From positions 1 through 30,618 of the forward strand of contig JADGIF010000037.1 in the NCBI GenBank assembly GCA_018985225.1: DNA of 30,618 bases, written 5' to 3'. Made by a program: the position numbers and the translations under genes. Below the pieces are notes generated by a model. The model was not told where the DNA came from. It did not search any database and saw nothing but the letters and a program-made list of their open reading frames with translations. Shown here one piece after another: positions 30,430-30,618 of this stretch (positions are counted from its first letter, which is position 1; each line of letters starts with the position of its first letter). The stretch is from Amoeboradix gromovi X-113 (lineage: Eukaryota; Fungi; Sanchytriomycota).

Positions 30430-30618
30430 ATAACTAACAAGTACAGCATACAAAGACATGATCTTATACACTTACCATCGTTCAATACGAGCCAGCTGCC
30501 AAGTACCTTGTCGAGCAAGGTCGCAAGAAACATGGCTACAATGTCCCATTACGCATTCAAGGAACGCTTGAAGTTCAAGTGTAAGCAAAGAGGAAAGACG
30601 CTAGTTGAATGTAATGAA
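30430..30618 (+). mobile_element. Well-preserved Fanzor (TnpB-like) fragment, 5'-truncated and running off the window
   Basis: 63 stop-free codons: ITNKYSIQRHDLIHLPSFNTSQLPSTLSSKVARNMATMSHYAFKERLKFKCKQRGKTLVECNE. In-frame TAA at 30427. Confidence 0.9.

Overview
Gene-dense, AT-rich eukaryotic nuclear DNA, most likely from an early-diverging zoosporic fungus or close relative. The fungal-type Mdm34 and Jsn1/Puf2 genes plus a flagellar radial-spoke-head gene point that way; a sanchytrid-like lineage is only my guess. It carries about 19 protein genes: NIPSNAP, Vps52, Snu23, RSPH4/6, an SH3 membrane protein, DNA ligase I, a DEAD-box helicase, TMEM62-like, MnmA/Slm3, AhpC/TSA-like, SAP30-like, Tim17 family, Nop15, Puf, Fcf1, Mdm34, Ctr and two unknown membrane proteins. 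Two things stand out that the ORF track does not show. (1) Most larger intergenic spacers hold decayed Fanzor/TnpB (OMEGA RNA-guided nuclease) genes. I found at least 12 remnants on both strands, from at least two subtypes, with a clean open-frame fragment running off the window end, hairpins after some C-termini, and a ~300-bp TIR-bounded, strongly folding non-coding element that could be an omegaRNA-only partner. (2) Three genes are interrupted by 19-21-nt GT-AG introns, near the smallest spliceosomal introns known. Also notable are an N-truncated, GC-shifted DNA ligase I with no ATG, a recurrent TTGAAA/TCAAG motif just before start codons, and AATAAA fused to stop codons. All translations and alignments were done by eye and no searches were run.
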